NCBI GenBank assembly: GCA_028534125.1
Contig: CM052816.1
Span: forward strand, 87,484,001 to 87,548,000
Length of the DNA stretch: 64,000 bases
Source of the DNA: Lama glama
Taxonomy: Eukaryota
Direction: 5' to 3'
In this document: piece after piece, positions 1 to 12,752 of the stretch
How the letters are laid out: each line of letters begins with the position of its first letter
Numbering within the stretch: the first letter of the stretch is position 1
Translations under genes and position numbers: made by a program
The notes under the pieces: generated by a model
What the model was told of the DNA's origin: nothing
The model's input: only the letters and a program-made list of their open reading frames with translations
The model's database searches: none

Positions 1-2
1 CC

Positions 3-189
3 TGTATTAGTCAGAGTTCTCTAGAGAAACAGAATCAGTGTGTGTGTGTATGTGTACACGAGAGGGGAATATTTATTCTAAGGACTTAGATCATGTGATT
101 GTGGAGCTGACAACTCCAAATCTGCAGGGTAGCCAGCAAGTGGGATACTCAGAGGGGAATTGATGCTGCAGTTCAAATCCAAAGGCAGC
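3..189 (-). mobile_element. MLT2-type ERVL LTR fragment
   Basis: Begins TGTATTAGTCAGAGTTCTCTAGAGAAACAGAA, then a short (TG)n and ...GATGCTGCAGTTCAAATCCAAAGGCAG, the reverse-complement pattern of MLT2 LTRs. Confidence 0.8.
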
Positions 190-489
190 CCAAAGACCAT
201 ACAAAAACTAGTTAGAGTTAGCTAATCTCGGATAAGAATGGAGGTATAGTGTGTAATAGCCTCTTCTGTTCTGGAAGTGAGATATGAGAGTAATTAGAAG
301 TTAAAATATTTTAGATGAATTTAGATTAATTTTACTCTAGCAAAACTGTAGTTCCTTCCATTACAAATTGGTGATAGTTTTGATATTTATATTGTGGCAA
401 TAGCATTTTGTGTTATAATAAATAGAAATTAAAGAATAGGAGAAAATGTTTATCACTTAAATTTTAAGGGAAATCAAAACTAGACTTTG

Positions 490-570
490 ACCACTTCATT
501 TATCCTTCCCCTTCGTCAGTTGCCTCATCTGTAAATTGAAAGGATGGACTAGGTTAGCATTGCTCCTTAA
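490..570. mobile_element. MIR fragment
   Basis: CAGTTGCCTCATCTGTAAATTG resembles the MIR core. Confidence 0.55.
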
Positions 571-695
571 AGAGCTGACATAATAGGCTTTTGTATAAAC
601 ACCATGTCTTCTTTCAGATTTGGTATCTTTTTACTGTGAAATGTGGATGCTAGTCATTGTCAGTGCCCCTCAGGCAAAGACCTTCAGGAATGAAT

Positions 696-789
696 GAAGA
701 AAAAGAAAGAGAGAGAGAGAGAAAGGAAGGAAGGGAAAGAAAGGAAAGAAAGGAAGAAAGAAGGAAAGAGAAAGAAAGAAAGAAAGAAA

Positions 790-849
<60 letters not shown>

Positions 850-866
850 GGAAGGAAGAAAGAAAG

Positions 867-897
<31 letters not shown>

Positions 898-900
898 AGG
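696..900 (+). repeat. Compound (GAAA)n/(GA)n/(GGAA)n microsatellite, 205-nt pure purine tract
   Basis: Directly visible; no pyrimidine between 696 and 900. Confidence 0.98.
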
Positions 901-2535
901 TTGAGTTTATTACTTGCTGCAGCAAGCAAGACTACACATTTGAAAAACACTGGATTTTTCAAAAAAGAAGAGATGGATAGTGTAGAGCATTTTTTGACTG
1001 GGGACATGGAATGAATCATAGAATTATCTTGCCAAGGATTTAACAGAAAAAGCATTGTGTTTTTTGGAACAGTGAATCCTGTTATCATTATATTAAATGA
1101 GTTCATTTGGATTTACTTTTAGATATATTTTCTAATATCTTAAACCATATGTTCTAAGTCAACTTGTGTTATCCTATTGTGTGTTGAGTTTGAGCTCAGT
1201 TAGTCTGGGACGGACATTATAGTTTAGCCTGGCACAGTTGATCTATTTTGCATCTATAGTACACGCCAGTTGGAAAAGCTCCTCCTTACAGACTAACTAC
1301 CAGCAGAGAAGTTTTCAAATGTATTGTTATAATGCTCTAGAGTTGTGGGAAATATTTAAATATAAAATATGGGCAAAGCACTTAACCTGTAGTAGGTATA
1401 CAAGAAATACCTGTAAAAAGTTTAGACATTACTCACCAATTATGAAAAATAATATCATGTTAAATAAATAAAATAGGATTGCACAGTTAAACTGGATAAT
1501 AAAATTGTGAAGTAGAATGGAGAATATATTCTAAAGCTAATAACCAACTGCTATCATGTTATTAATTGTTAGTCATATGTATGTTTTGAAGTCCTTTATT
1601 CTCATTCAATGACACTGTGTGACTAAAGAAAGCAAACAAATTATCTTTGACATTCTTATTTAATCTAAGGATACGCTAGCATTACAATGATGATCAATAC
1701 TGTATACCATATGGAAATATTAGTCTACTTTATTTGTCTTTTGTGGTTGGAATGGACAAAAAAACAGAACAAAACAAAAAAAAAACACCCAATTCTAGAC
1801 AAGTGAGCCTAAAATAAAAGTGTAGATTCTCAAACACAAGAAATCTGTAGGAGTTGCTGACACAGTCAAAACCTGATAAAAACAGAATGCCTTCATTCTC
1901 TGCATGCCAACTCCATTTTTGCTTTTCTTTACCTATTGTCCTGTTGTGGACTTCCTGCACATATGCCTATGAGAAACAGAGACTCGAGGCATTCTTTCTC
2001 CCAAGACAGTTTATCAATACCAGGGAAGGGCTCTTTTGAGATCAGTTTTTAGACTTTACACAGTTGTAAGAAGGATGGGATACTTTAAAAGTCCACGCCT
2101 GGGGACATGCAAACATGGGAAATCTTGGAGGAGTCGCTTGTATCGATTGCATGATTAAGACATGAAAAAATAATAGTGCAACCCAGTAAATGTAGCATAT
2201 TTTATAAAAAGATAGGGTGTAGGTATGCCTGTCTGTCTGTTCCTATTTAAGCGAAGATCTCAGAGACACTGGCTTTCAGTTGGCTGAAATGTAAGCCAAA
2301 GTAAAATGAACCAGTGAATATACAAATCACAGAGTGTTCTTTCTACATCAAAAATTGTTGAGTCCTATCTTGAATTTTCCATAAAATATAAAAAAAAATT
2401 AGAATTATTTTGATTACCCATCATGTCTGTTCCCGAATCTACTATTTGACAAGGATGGATCTAAGGAATTTGTTCATAACATTGCTTAGTTAGCTCTTCA
2501 TTTTCCTCCTCTAAAGAAATATTTTAAAAGAATAG

Positions 2536-2671
2536 GAAGGAGAGAATAGCTCAGTGGTAGAGTGACTGCTTAGCGTGCACGATGTTCTGGGTTCAATCCC
2601 CAGTACCTCCACTAAGAAATAAATAAATTAATTAACCTAATTATCTCTCCTCTCCTCCCCACCAAAAATCC
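2536..2671 (+). mobile_element. tRNA-derived SINE, camelid Vic-1-like
   Basis: A box TAGCTCAGTGG, B box GGTTCAATCCC, tail AAATAAATAAA..ACCTAATTATCTC; flanking direct repeat AAAGAATAG at 2527-2535 and 2672-2680. Confidence 0.88.
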
Positions 2672-3061
2672 AAAGAATAGCTTCCTGCTATGAGGATTAG
2701 TCAGAGATAATTAAGAAAAAAATGTTTTTTTTTTTTTAGAAAAAATGTTGTAAGTTTTGGGGGTTCTTTTGAGAGAGCCATTGCTGCAAGAGATCACAGT
2801 GAGGGCTGATGCCAAAAAAGCCTATGCAAAGCGAGGATATAATTCTCTAACAAAGTTACATTTCCAATACCTTAGTTTTATTTTTTGACCTTTTTGAGTT
2901 CACTACAAAATAATGATATTGGAAAAGGAATGTCTAATTAGCTGTTGAGTTATTTGTTTCATCTTACTTGGGGTTAATTTTTCTCATAATTGTAGCATGC
3001 AGGTTATCTAGTCTCTCTTCTTCACTTTATATTTTGACGATTTTTTTTTTTTTTTTGGCGA

Positions 3062-3170
3062 GGCCTAAAGAACGCTAAGGGATTGTTTGAGACTAGACAG
3101 GAAGTCAGTGGCAGAAACTGGGGTCAAGCCAGTGTTCTGACTCCCAGGGTTGGGCTCATCCCACCTATAT
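3062..3170. mobile_element. MIR fragment
   Basis: AGTCAGTGGCAGAAACTGGGGTCAAGCCAGTGTTCTGACTCCCAG resembles the MIR tRNA-like head in reverse orientation. Confidence 0.6.
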
Positions 3171-3399
3171 TCTTAATATGCCCCCTCTTTTCTCTAGATG
3201 AGAAGTTAAAGAACTGAATGTAGCTCCTCTCAGTCTCACATTACTGAAATGTTGATGTTCTGAGTTCCAATCACCTTTAATTCTCAGAAAACAAAACTTT
3301 ATTTACTCTACAACTATGCTAATAAAAAATCCCTACCATATGGAAAAAAATCACACTCTATACTTCAAACCTATTTAGATTAAAAATGCTTTAGGGCTG

Positions 3400-3492
3400 T
3401 CTCCATATCCTTTCAGAATTGTGTCCCTGTGTCTTGGCTCAGTTCCTGGAACATCACAAACACTCAGTAACTGAATGTTTTTGAATGGAGTG
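3400..3492 (+). mobile_element. L2 3' end
   Basis: CAGTTCCTGGAACATCACAAACACTCAGTAACTGAATGTTTTTGAATG resembles the L2 terminus. Confidence 0.55.
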
Positions 3493-4764
3493 TTTCAACT
3501 GAAATGTCACTCGGTTCAATTTCCTTTAGAATGCATATGATACATATTTGGTTTCCTGGTGATAGACTTACCAATCCGCTTTTTGCTTAGAATTGAATTA
3601 AAATATTTCCTTTCCTGATGTGGTCTTGATTAAAATGTATGGGAGAAAATAGATTATATAAATACTATAGCTTATGAGAAACATAGTTGAGATTAAGCAG
3701 TTGCAGTATGTTGAAAATTGATTTGAGTTCAGTTTTTCTTCTATCTCCTAACAGTAATTACAGTTAGATAACAATTCCAAATACCAAGATCAGACTTTTC
3801 TGAATTTTTTCGCTGAATTTGTAGCTGCAATACTTGATAATCATGTTGAATTATACATCAGCCTATTAAAAAATACTTTCCTTTCTTTAATCAGAGACCA
3901 TCGTTTAAATGACTGTGCTCTATACTGAAAATGTGAGGTCAAAGAGAAATACCGCCTTTAAAAATGGCACTATTCTAAAGTCCCAGGTATAATTTATTAT
4001 ATTTATATACAGCTTTGACCTAAGGGGAAAATAATACTTTGTTTAACTATAGTAGGTTGTCATTTGCTAGCCTCCAAACAATATATTTTTAAGAAATTGT
4101 AGGTATAATTTTGTTTAATACTACTCATTGTGGATGGCTAGGTATAATTAACATTATTAATGTTTGTTCACAACTCCTTGCAATAAGCAGAATAAGTACA
4201 TTAAAAATCCATAAATAAATATTCCACAGTGACTGTAAGCTTCATATATTTAGGTGATTATTATATTATAAAATTTTCTCCTTTTTTTTTTTTTTAATAA
4301 ACTCTGATTTGAATGGGTTTGGTTGGGTTTAACCTGCTTTACCACTCAATAAACCTAATATTCTCTTGAGATAGCTGCATTTTGATTGATTTAATTTACT
4401 TTCACAGGTTTAGTTGAAAATGCAAACAATAGTTCTATGAGTTCAAAAAATAATGTTTTTGTGTTGAAATGCCAGTGTAAATGAGTCAATATAATATGAC
4501 TATTGATTAATAATTTAATGCTTACATCCAATTAGGTGACATTCAAAATCCAAACTAATTTTAAACTGACACACATTTAGAGACTTCAGGAAAGTCATTT
4601 TGCCTTTTTACCATCTAATGGCTAGTTCAAAATGTCCTAGGACTTGTAAAATTGTATTAAAAATAAGATCAGTTCCTAGGCAAAATGGAATTTTTTAAAA
4701 TCCATAAACATTAAATTTCATAGTTTATTTGCCAACATTCTAAATGTGGTCAAATATAGGTAAT

Positions 4765-5775
4765 TATAAAAGTGTATTTTTTGAAATATGAATTATTGAA
4801 TATGAAATTCTTATGCATATAAAATGATATAAAGAAACTTAATGAATAATGTGTACCCACCACCTATCTTAAGAAGTAAAATCATACTTACTAAGTTGAA
4901 GTCTTTCAAGCTGGTATTCCATTTTGTCTTTCTCTCCCATCCCATCAGAGTGTATTTCTGAAGTACTCTTTTAAATATATTAAAGCATGTAGAATGGACT
5001 TAAAATCTGTCTATCCTTCTGCAATCTAACTGTATCATTCAATACAATATGATAGTAATTCATTCATATTAGCAAATGTAGTAGTTCATCCACATTAACA
5101 AGTGTATAGTTCATTTTTACACACTTTGACTGCTGTGCAGTCCTGTTATATGTAAACTGGTATTTATTTATCCATCCCTTGTTGATTTAATTTTTCCATC
5201 TGCAGATGAAGCTATTATAAATGTTCTTGTGTATGACTTTCTGCCCCTGCACCAGCAAGTTTCTAGGATACCTACAAGTTGAATTTTGTGTATATGGAAT
5301 GCACATTTTTAGATGCATGAATATTGAAATGGAATTTAAAGAAACTGCTCCCATTGCTTTATATCCTTGCTAATACTTAGAAATCAGCTGGTTGTTTTGC
5401 CAGGATAGTAGTTAACTGCATTCTCTTATAATTATTCACTTATAATTCCTTGATTAAAATGAGATTTGGCATGTTCTCAGAAGTTTCTTGGCCATTCTGG
5501 TTTCCTTTTCTTAAATCACCTTCTTATATGCTTTGTCCATTTTTAAAAATTTTATTGTCAATCATTTCATTTTAAATTTGTAGGAATCCTTTATATATTT
5601 GGTTTATTAATCATTTAATGTTTAAACTTCAATATAGTTGACTTTATGAGAGACGTTTTATGCTTGTTGATGCATCTTGTTTAAAGAATAATGCATACTC
5701 TAAGGACATAAATAAAGTATATCATCTTCTAAAAGTTTTGCAATTTTATTTTATATAGATAGATTTTTTAATCCA
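4765..5775 (-). mobile_element. Old L1M 3' region, degraded
   Basis: Antisense L1 motifs such as TATTTATTTATCCATCCCTTGTTGAT, GCTATTATAAATGTTCTTGTGTATGA and TGCTTTGTCCATTTT...GTAGGAATCCTTTATATATTT. Confidence 0.7.
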
Positions 5776-6844
5776 GAAATTTAACAGGTACATAATTGCA
5801 AAATAGATTTTACAAACCTATTACAGGTGAAATTGTCTCATACTTAAAAAAAATTAAAGTCAGTGACGTGTGATGTGTGCACATCACAGTCATACATCAC
5901 CAGATTTAAAAATTATGAAAAATATCAGTAAAACATTTAATTATTTTAAACTCTAGTACCTGTAATAAACTGGATAGGTGTTCCCATGATATGATTGGTG
6001 AGGATATATCTATTTTGAGTGCACTGTATGAAATTACACCTCCTTTAAAATTATGTGTCAGAAAACTCAAACTTCAAAACCAGTCCTATTCTGACCTGTA
6101 GATTTTACCTGGTCTGATTACGTAGAAAGGAAGTTATACATTCACATACACTGAAGGTGAAAACCAAGTTGTTCTTGAAACTCTAGGTATTTTGAATGGC
6201 AAATAAAAAAAAAAATAGTCCATCTGACAAGTTTCCTATACCTTAGTAAAAATGATCTACCCTAGAAAGTACTGGTGAAATTCGCTAACTCAGTCATTGG
6301 AGACTTCAGTTCTCCCACAGTCTCCTGTACATCTGTGAATTACGCAGGCCCAGAGAGCTTTCATGTTCACCAGGCAATGGACTCTCTCCAACAGAGATGT
6401 ATCGATAAAGACTTTCTTACATAATTAATTACTGTGGTAGATGAGACGTATCATTCTCCTTTGCGACAGTTATACCCACTGGCAATCATATTCATATTCT
6501 GTTTTTAGTAGACATTTTAAAATTGACTACTTAATACATCATTTGTGTCATTTAGCTGCTAGAGGTGTACGCTTTTGGTGTGAGATTTCTGTAACAGTGA
6601 GGAACAGGAAGCAGGCTTAGACTCAGTGATTAGGTGAACAGAGATAGGCCTCATTTCATAGCATCCTCTGATGCTTGTCCATTGTCCTTAATCATGGGAA
6701 TAAAGAATATAGCAGTTGTTGTTAAGTCAAGTTTGACTGTCATGGATCTTGTAATATTTTCAGAATGGTGCTTTTTTTCATTTGGTTTAAGGAAAAAGAC
6801 AAGCAGAATTACCATAGGGTCATTTTTTTTTAACTATATACAAA

Positions 6845-7375
6845 ATGTATGCTAACCTCTCCTTGCAGGATTCAATGTGTACCATTGTCATATGCTTTAA
6901 TATCCTTTAATCTGTAACAATTTCTCAGTCTTTCTTTGACTCTCATGATTTTGGTATCATAAAGATTGAAGAGTACAGGCAAGTTATTTGGTACAATTAC
7001 CCACAATTTGAGTTTTCCGGATACTTCATGACTAGTTTCAAATCAGGCATTTAAGCAAGAGTGCCATGGAAGTGATGTCATACCCACTCAGGGCATCATA
7101 TCAGAAGGAATGTGGTAATGATGGGTCCCATTAGTGGTAAGGTTCACTTTAATCCTTCATTAAGGTGATTAAGGTGATTCCTGATTAATTGTTTTCCAGT
7201 GTAGACTCAGCATTTCCTTTTATTTGTAAAAAGTAATTTGTGCGTTTGTGGGAGAATATATGAGATTATATAATACCATGTTCTTCATTACACTTTTACC
7301 CTCTAATTTTATCATCCATTTTGATGATTCATTCTACATTTTTTAGTTAGAATTCTACTGTAAATAAAAACTGTG
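6845..7375 (-). mobile_element. L1MC4/5-like 3'UTR fragment
   Basis: TTGAAGAGTACAGGCAAGTTATTT and GCATCATATCAGAAGG...GTCCCATTAGTGGTAAGGTTCACTTTAATC...TTAAGGTG are typical L1MC 3'UTR motifs. Confidence 0.7.
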
Positions 7376-7377
7376 CC

Positions 7378-7441
7378 TCCTTCTATTTCCTTCCTTTCTC
7401 CCTCCCTCCCTTCCTCTCTTCCTTCCTTCTTTCCTTCCTTT
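7378..7441 (+). repeat. (CCTT)n-rich pyrimidine tract
   Basis: Directly visible. Confidence 0.85.
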
Positions 7442-7664
7442 AATTATGTATTTATATGACCACACCAGCACAGAAGGGAAAAAAATTTAAAGGACAAAAG
7501 TTGAATATGACTGCAGATTGAGTGTGGTAATTATTGGTAAAAAAATTATTCTTCTGGAATAATTGTAGAGTGTTTTTAAGTGAGACATGAAAATAAAGAA
7601 TTTGAGTGCAAGCACAGAAAGATCTACAGTTTATGCAAACATTTTATTAAAACATACAGTGGGT

Positions 7665-7790
7665 ATTGAGAGAGCACAAATAATAAAGTTAAGTGAGGCA
7701 AAATGTTAACAATTTAAGAATCTAGGTAAAGAATGTACAGAATTTGTTGAGGATTTTCTTTCAATCTTTCAAAATTAGATGTGAACAACA
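7665..7790 (+). mobile_element. Old L1 3' end fragment
   Basis: GGCAAAATGTTAACAATTTAAGAATCTAGGTAAAGAATGTACAGAA resembles an L1MC/ME terminus. Confidence 0.55.
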
Positions 7791-7835
7791 CTATGTGTGT
7801 CTATGTACATACTAAACTTTCAGTGGATTTCTTTT

Positions 7836-8335
7836 NNNNNNNNNNNNNNNNNNNNNNNNNNNNNNNNNNNNNNNNNNNNNNNNNNNNNNNNNNNNNNNNN
7901 NNNNNNNNNNNNNNNNNNNNNNNNNNNNNNNNNNNNNNNNNNNNNNNNNNNNNNNNNNNNNNNNNNNNNNNNNNNNNNNNNNNNNNNNNNNNNNNNNNNN
8001 NNNNNNNNNNNNNNNNNNNNNNNNNNNNNNNNNNNNNNNNNNNNNNNNNNNNNNNNNNNNNNNNNNNNNNNNNNNNNNNNNNNNNNNNNNNNNNNNNNNN
8101 NNNNNNNNNNNNNNNNNNNNNNNNNNNNNNNNNNNNNNNNNNNNNNNNNNNNNNNNNNNNNNNNNNNNNNNNNNNNNNNNNNNNNNNNNNNNNNNNNNNN
8201 NNNNNNNNNNNNNNNNNNNNNNNNNNNNNNNNNNNNNNNNNNNNNNNNNNNNNNNNNNNNNNNNNNNNNNNNNNNNNNNNNNNNNNNNNNNNNNNNNNNN
8301 NNNNNNNNNNNNNNNNNNNNNNNNNNNNNNNNNNN
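7836..8335. other. Assembly gap, exactly 500 N
   Basis: Directly visible. Confidence 1.
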
Positions 8336-10169
8336 TTAACCTGCTGCATCACCTAATTCTGGAGTCCACTGTATCTCTAGCCATGCTTGGGAATACAAAC
8401 AAACAAAAATTCTTATCATTCAAGCCAGTTTGATTGGAAACTTTCAGATATTTGTCACTCCTAAATGATATAATGCTGATAATAAAAATAGCACATATGG
8501 AAAATAAGCTACTTGTTTCATGAAAGGTGCACCTTATATCTCTAGAAGCATGCATGTTTAAATTAATAATATAAAATCAAATTCTCTATAATAGTCACTA
8601 CAAATTTGCAAAGTATAGCCAATCCCTGGACCTAATCTTGGTCATGTTCCATGAAAACTGCTTTTCTTCGTTGAAAGTCATATAGAAATTTTCCTTCAAG
8701 TGGGCTTACTTTTTTACAGAATGATACAATACAAAGAAAACAACGGATGACTCCTACCTTCAAGTAAAAAATGCACTTTTCTTAGAACCTTTTGGACTAA
8801 GTATCACTTGAGTTACGCTAGATGTTAGTTGCAAACATTTTCTAAAAATCTTTTCTTCTTGTAACTAGGATATCATATTGTGAAAGATTTTCAGATTAGA
8901 GTGGAAAAGACACTTGAGTTGCATTCTTTTTTCTAAAGAATATCATTTTTATATTTTCTTTTACAAATAGAGATGTTTAACAATGTAGCAATGTTTATTT
9001 AACACATTATTTTTCAAGATAGAATATCTTTTTTACAACAGCTCTCAGATATTTCATTTAAGAGACCAAACCTCTATAGATAATATAATCTTAGCATACG
9101 GAAATTCCATAACATACAAGTGTTTTTTGAATCACAGTACTGTTTAGCTAAACCCAACTAACTTCTCCCCAACTCTAGGGAAGCCAAATATTAAAACATC
9201 TGCAGAAGAAATCAATAATGAATTCCATAAAATACTTAATTCTGTTTGTCATATCATTGCCCCATAGCCCAAATATATCAGCTCTAAAAATACGTATAAT
9301 AATTTATCTGGAGAAGCCATTTTACTGAATCCATTCATACTATATATTATGTTTATATATTTACATATTGGCCAAAAATAATCAGTCATATTAAGGGAAA
9401 ATATTTCTATTCATATAAACACTATTTTACTCTCATTTTGAAAATTTCAATTATATCCAAGGCCTAATGTGATTTTTTTCAGATCTGGTTTAGATATCAT
9501 GCTTTGCATCTTTAAGTTTCAAGGAAGCCTACTAGTTAGCACATTGCAAACATCAAATAAATATTTAACAATGACTTCGGGTCACCTCGAAGACAGAATG
9601 GGAATCACAAGCAGTAGCCTCTTGAATGACTCACCCTAAGACATGATGGGACTTGACTTGAGTGTTTCTTGTACTCAGTGAATATGTAAGTAGAGAGCGC
9701 TGAAATATTCAACATAACTATGATTGTACGTAAAAGGACAACATTCTGAGTATGTTGTAAGTGAGGTTAACGCTAAACAAATTAGGGAAGTAATTCAAGC
9801 AAAGGGGATCCTCTATAAGAATAGCTGAATGAGGTCCATTGTATATAAATAAATGGTATAAAATGAAGGAAACAGGAGCTTCTTTCCTGAGCAATACTGT
9901 GTTAGTTCAGTTTCCAAATACATAAGGTTACACTGCAATGTAGGGAATGTGCATATAGAGAAGGGCATTGTGTTTCTTATTAGAGATTGGGAAGAATATA
10001 ATGATAAATGAACCTATTTCTGTTTTTCTACTAGCAAACAAATATTCTAATTGAAAAATCACAAATTGCACTCAAATTTGATATCTTAAAATACATTAAT
10101 CCATGATAAAGGACATCCAATTTAATATCATTTATCCCTCTCTACATCAAGCAAGGTCTAGTGGCATAA

Positions 10170-10285
10170 TTAATCCAATTTTATATATTTGGAAGCTAAG
10201 GTCTAAGAAACTTGGCCTCAGGTCTCAGAGCAACATAAGTTTCAGAATCAGGTTTGGAACCTAAGTGTACATGATTCCATTTTAT
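10170..10285. mobile_element. MIR fragment
   Basis: CCAATTTTATA...GGAAGCTAAGGTCTAAGA...CAGGTTTGGAACCTAAG resembles MIR. Confidence 0.55.
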
Positions 10286-10744
10286 GAGTTCACACTAATA
10301 TTAAATACTTACTAAATGAGGCAAAAAAAAAGTTTCTGTTTTTTTTGAACTTAAACCAATAAATGCAATTAAATTGTCATTTGTACAACATGGCTTATAC
10401 CCCTTGAAATAGAATAACTTTGACTGAATAATAACAGTGTTTCATCCTAAAATATTTCTTCCATGTAAAAATGGAAAAAATAAATCAGGTTTATAAGAAT
10501 TTATACCCTAAGCTATTGTGGAGCTTCAATTTTCAAGGGTCTGACTCAGCATAGACTTAGCTACTCTCTCCCACAAAACACTGTCGAAGCAACCAAAAGG
10601 AAAAGATTTCAAAATAAAACAAATTAAAAAAAAAAACTGAGAATGACAATTGAGAAGAGCAGTTAATATCACTCATGCATTCATTAGATGGATTTCACCA
10701 AGGCAGAATTTGGTGAAAACTACACTGATGGACATGGTGCAGTA

Positions 10745-12135
10745 TGTCTTCATTTTCAGTTTTTTCAAACTATTTTTTAAAAATTTCCCTTACTGTATCT
10801 TCATTGACCTGTTGGTTATTTAGCATAGTTTTTAGTAACTTCAATATAATTGTGAATTCCTCAAATTTCTTCCTGTTACTGATTTCTAATTGCATTCTAT
10901 TGTGGTCAGAAAACAGTGTAATATTTCAGTCTTTTAACAAGTTGAAACAGTTTATGAGCTATTCTGGAGAATATTTCCTGTGCAGATGAGAAGAATATAT
11001 ATTCTGCTGTCATGGAGTGGAGTGTTTTCTGCATATCTGTAGGTTTAGTTAGTTTTTACCGTTAACTGAATTTTCTATTTCCTTGTTTATCTACTGTATG
11101 ATTGCTCTGCATTTTGAATGTGGGTTTTGAATTCTTGCTAGATATATAAATATTTGTAATCAGTATCGATTGTTGATATTTTGATTATTTTTTATTACAA
11201 AAAATCCTTTTTATCTTTAGCAACAAGTCTTTGTTTTAAAGCCTAAATTGTCTGAATCGAGCATTGCCCTACAACTTTCTTGCAGTTGCTCTTTTCATGA
11301 AATGTGTTTTTTCATCCTTCTACTTTCAACCTGTGTGTATACTGAATCTTAACTGTGTCTTCTGCAGAGAGCATACAGTTTTTTAATCCAGTCAATTCTG
11401 ACTTTTAATTGTATTGTTTAATCCATTTACATTTAACATTATTATTGATATATTTGGATTTAATCCTCCATTTCATTTTTTCTTTATATCTCAAGTCCTT
11501 TTGTTCATCTGTTTCTCCTTAATGCTTTCTTTTTTTTTAATTAGTGAAGATTTTCTAGCTTATCATTTAATTCGTCCAGTGATTTTTCACTACTATATTT
11601 TTGAGTCACTTAACTTAGTGCTCACTGCAGAGCTTACCATATACATCCCAACTGATCAGAATTTACTTCAGATTAATTTCTGTGAAAATAGAAACTTTAC
11701 TCCTCTGTATTTTTATTCCATCTTCCCATTTTTTGTGTTATTAGTGTTATGGAAATTGTACCTATACATCTTGAAGCTCAGCAATACGTTAGAATTGTTG
11801 CTGTGTATACTTTTATATCTTTTGTGAAAGCCAAGAAAAAGAAAGGAGAGCAATGAATTAGTTACAGAATTTATTATATAAACTTCTTATTTACCACTTC
11901 TGGTTCTCTTCATTAGTTCCTGTGAATTTGAGTTACCATCTGGCGTTATTTCCTTACTTCAATACAGCTTTGCTTTCACCTGCCTACGTTGTGCTGTTAC
12001 TGTCAAAGATAGTACATGTCTATATATTGTAGCCCCAACAGTGTGTTTATATATACATTGTTTTATATAATTACTTTTTGAATCGGTTAAGACAAGAAAG
12101 AAGAAGTAAGCATGCACACTGTCTTTTCTGATTGC
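10745..12135 (-). mobile_element. Old L1 (L1M4/L1MC-like): ORF2 endonuclease relic and upstream sequence
   Basis: Minus-strand translation gives KTLHSMTAEYIFFSSAQEIFSRI (~10960-11030) and FSDHNRMQLEISNRKKF (~10860-10915), matching L1 endonuclease motifs EYTFFS and SDH. Confidence 0.88.
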
Positions 12136-12139
12136 AGAA

Positions 12140-12752
12140 TCTCCTGTTCTGATTGCTTCCTCACTTGTCCAGTCTCTGTGCCTCTGCTCCAGAGATGGGT
12201 GTGGGCATAGTGGCCTGCTCTTTTGGGAGTGCCCACCCTACTGTATGAGCAGGAAGCTGGGCAGGGCAGGAACCTCTGGTCTCTTTTTCTTGCCTCTCCC
12301 AGAGTGGTAACTTCATTCTAGGTGAGTTGGAACAAGGGCCTCCAGGACCCCAGTATTCTTGGGCTGTTGCCTTCAAACTGCAGCTGGATGGAAGAAGAGG
12401 TCCCAGACCGCTCTTGGGATAGACTCTCCTAAGAAACAGTAGGGTCCTGCCCCTTCTGGGGAGGTTCTGGAGCCCTGGGCTGAAAGCCAGGGGAGGAGGC
12501 AGCCTGGGTTTTTAGCTTCACAAACCCCCAGTGGAGCTTCCTTTATGCTAAATGGGGGTAGCCAGGGAGGGAGGGAGTAGGTCTTGTCTCAGATGCATAG
12601 ACTGGCTGTTCTTATGCGGATTTAGTTGATCTTCTTGAATACTTTTTTCCCTTAATTTTAATATTTTATAGTATTTTTCACCAGTTACCGCTGTTTTGCT
12701 GGAGTGAGGGTCCACAGACCTCCTCACAGGACTATTCTGCCAATCCACACTG
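12140..12752 (-). mobile_element. Probable L1M 5'UTR relic (GC-richer block)
   Basis: Abrupt GC rise next to the antisense L1; TTTTCACCAGTTACCGCTGTTTTGCTGGAGTGAGGGTCCACAGACCTCCTCAC resembles an antisense L1M 5' end. Confidence 0.6.

Noticed and set aside
650..1106. Four overlapping K/E/R-rich or F/L/S-rich ORFs
   Set aside because: They are translations of the (GAAA)n microsatellite.
2536..2610. tRNA gene (also at 58357)
   Set aside because: A and B boxes are followed by a SINE tail and flanked by TSDs; these are SINE heads, not tRNA genes.
4385..4480. Strong-looking acceptor TTTACTTTCACAG (similar ones near 30218, 38481, 47070, 58990)
   Set aside because: No convincing paired donor or recognisable peptide; such sites are common in T-rich DNA.
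7781..8356. Three ORFs of 180-191 aa
   Set aside because: They read through the N gap.
10744..11827. Hydrophobic + strand ORFs that look like membrane proteins
   Set aside because: They are the T-rich antisense strand of an L1 relic; the same applies to 27270-27713.
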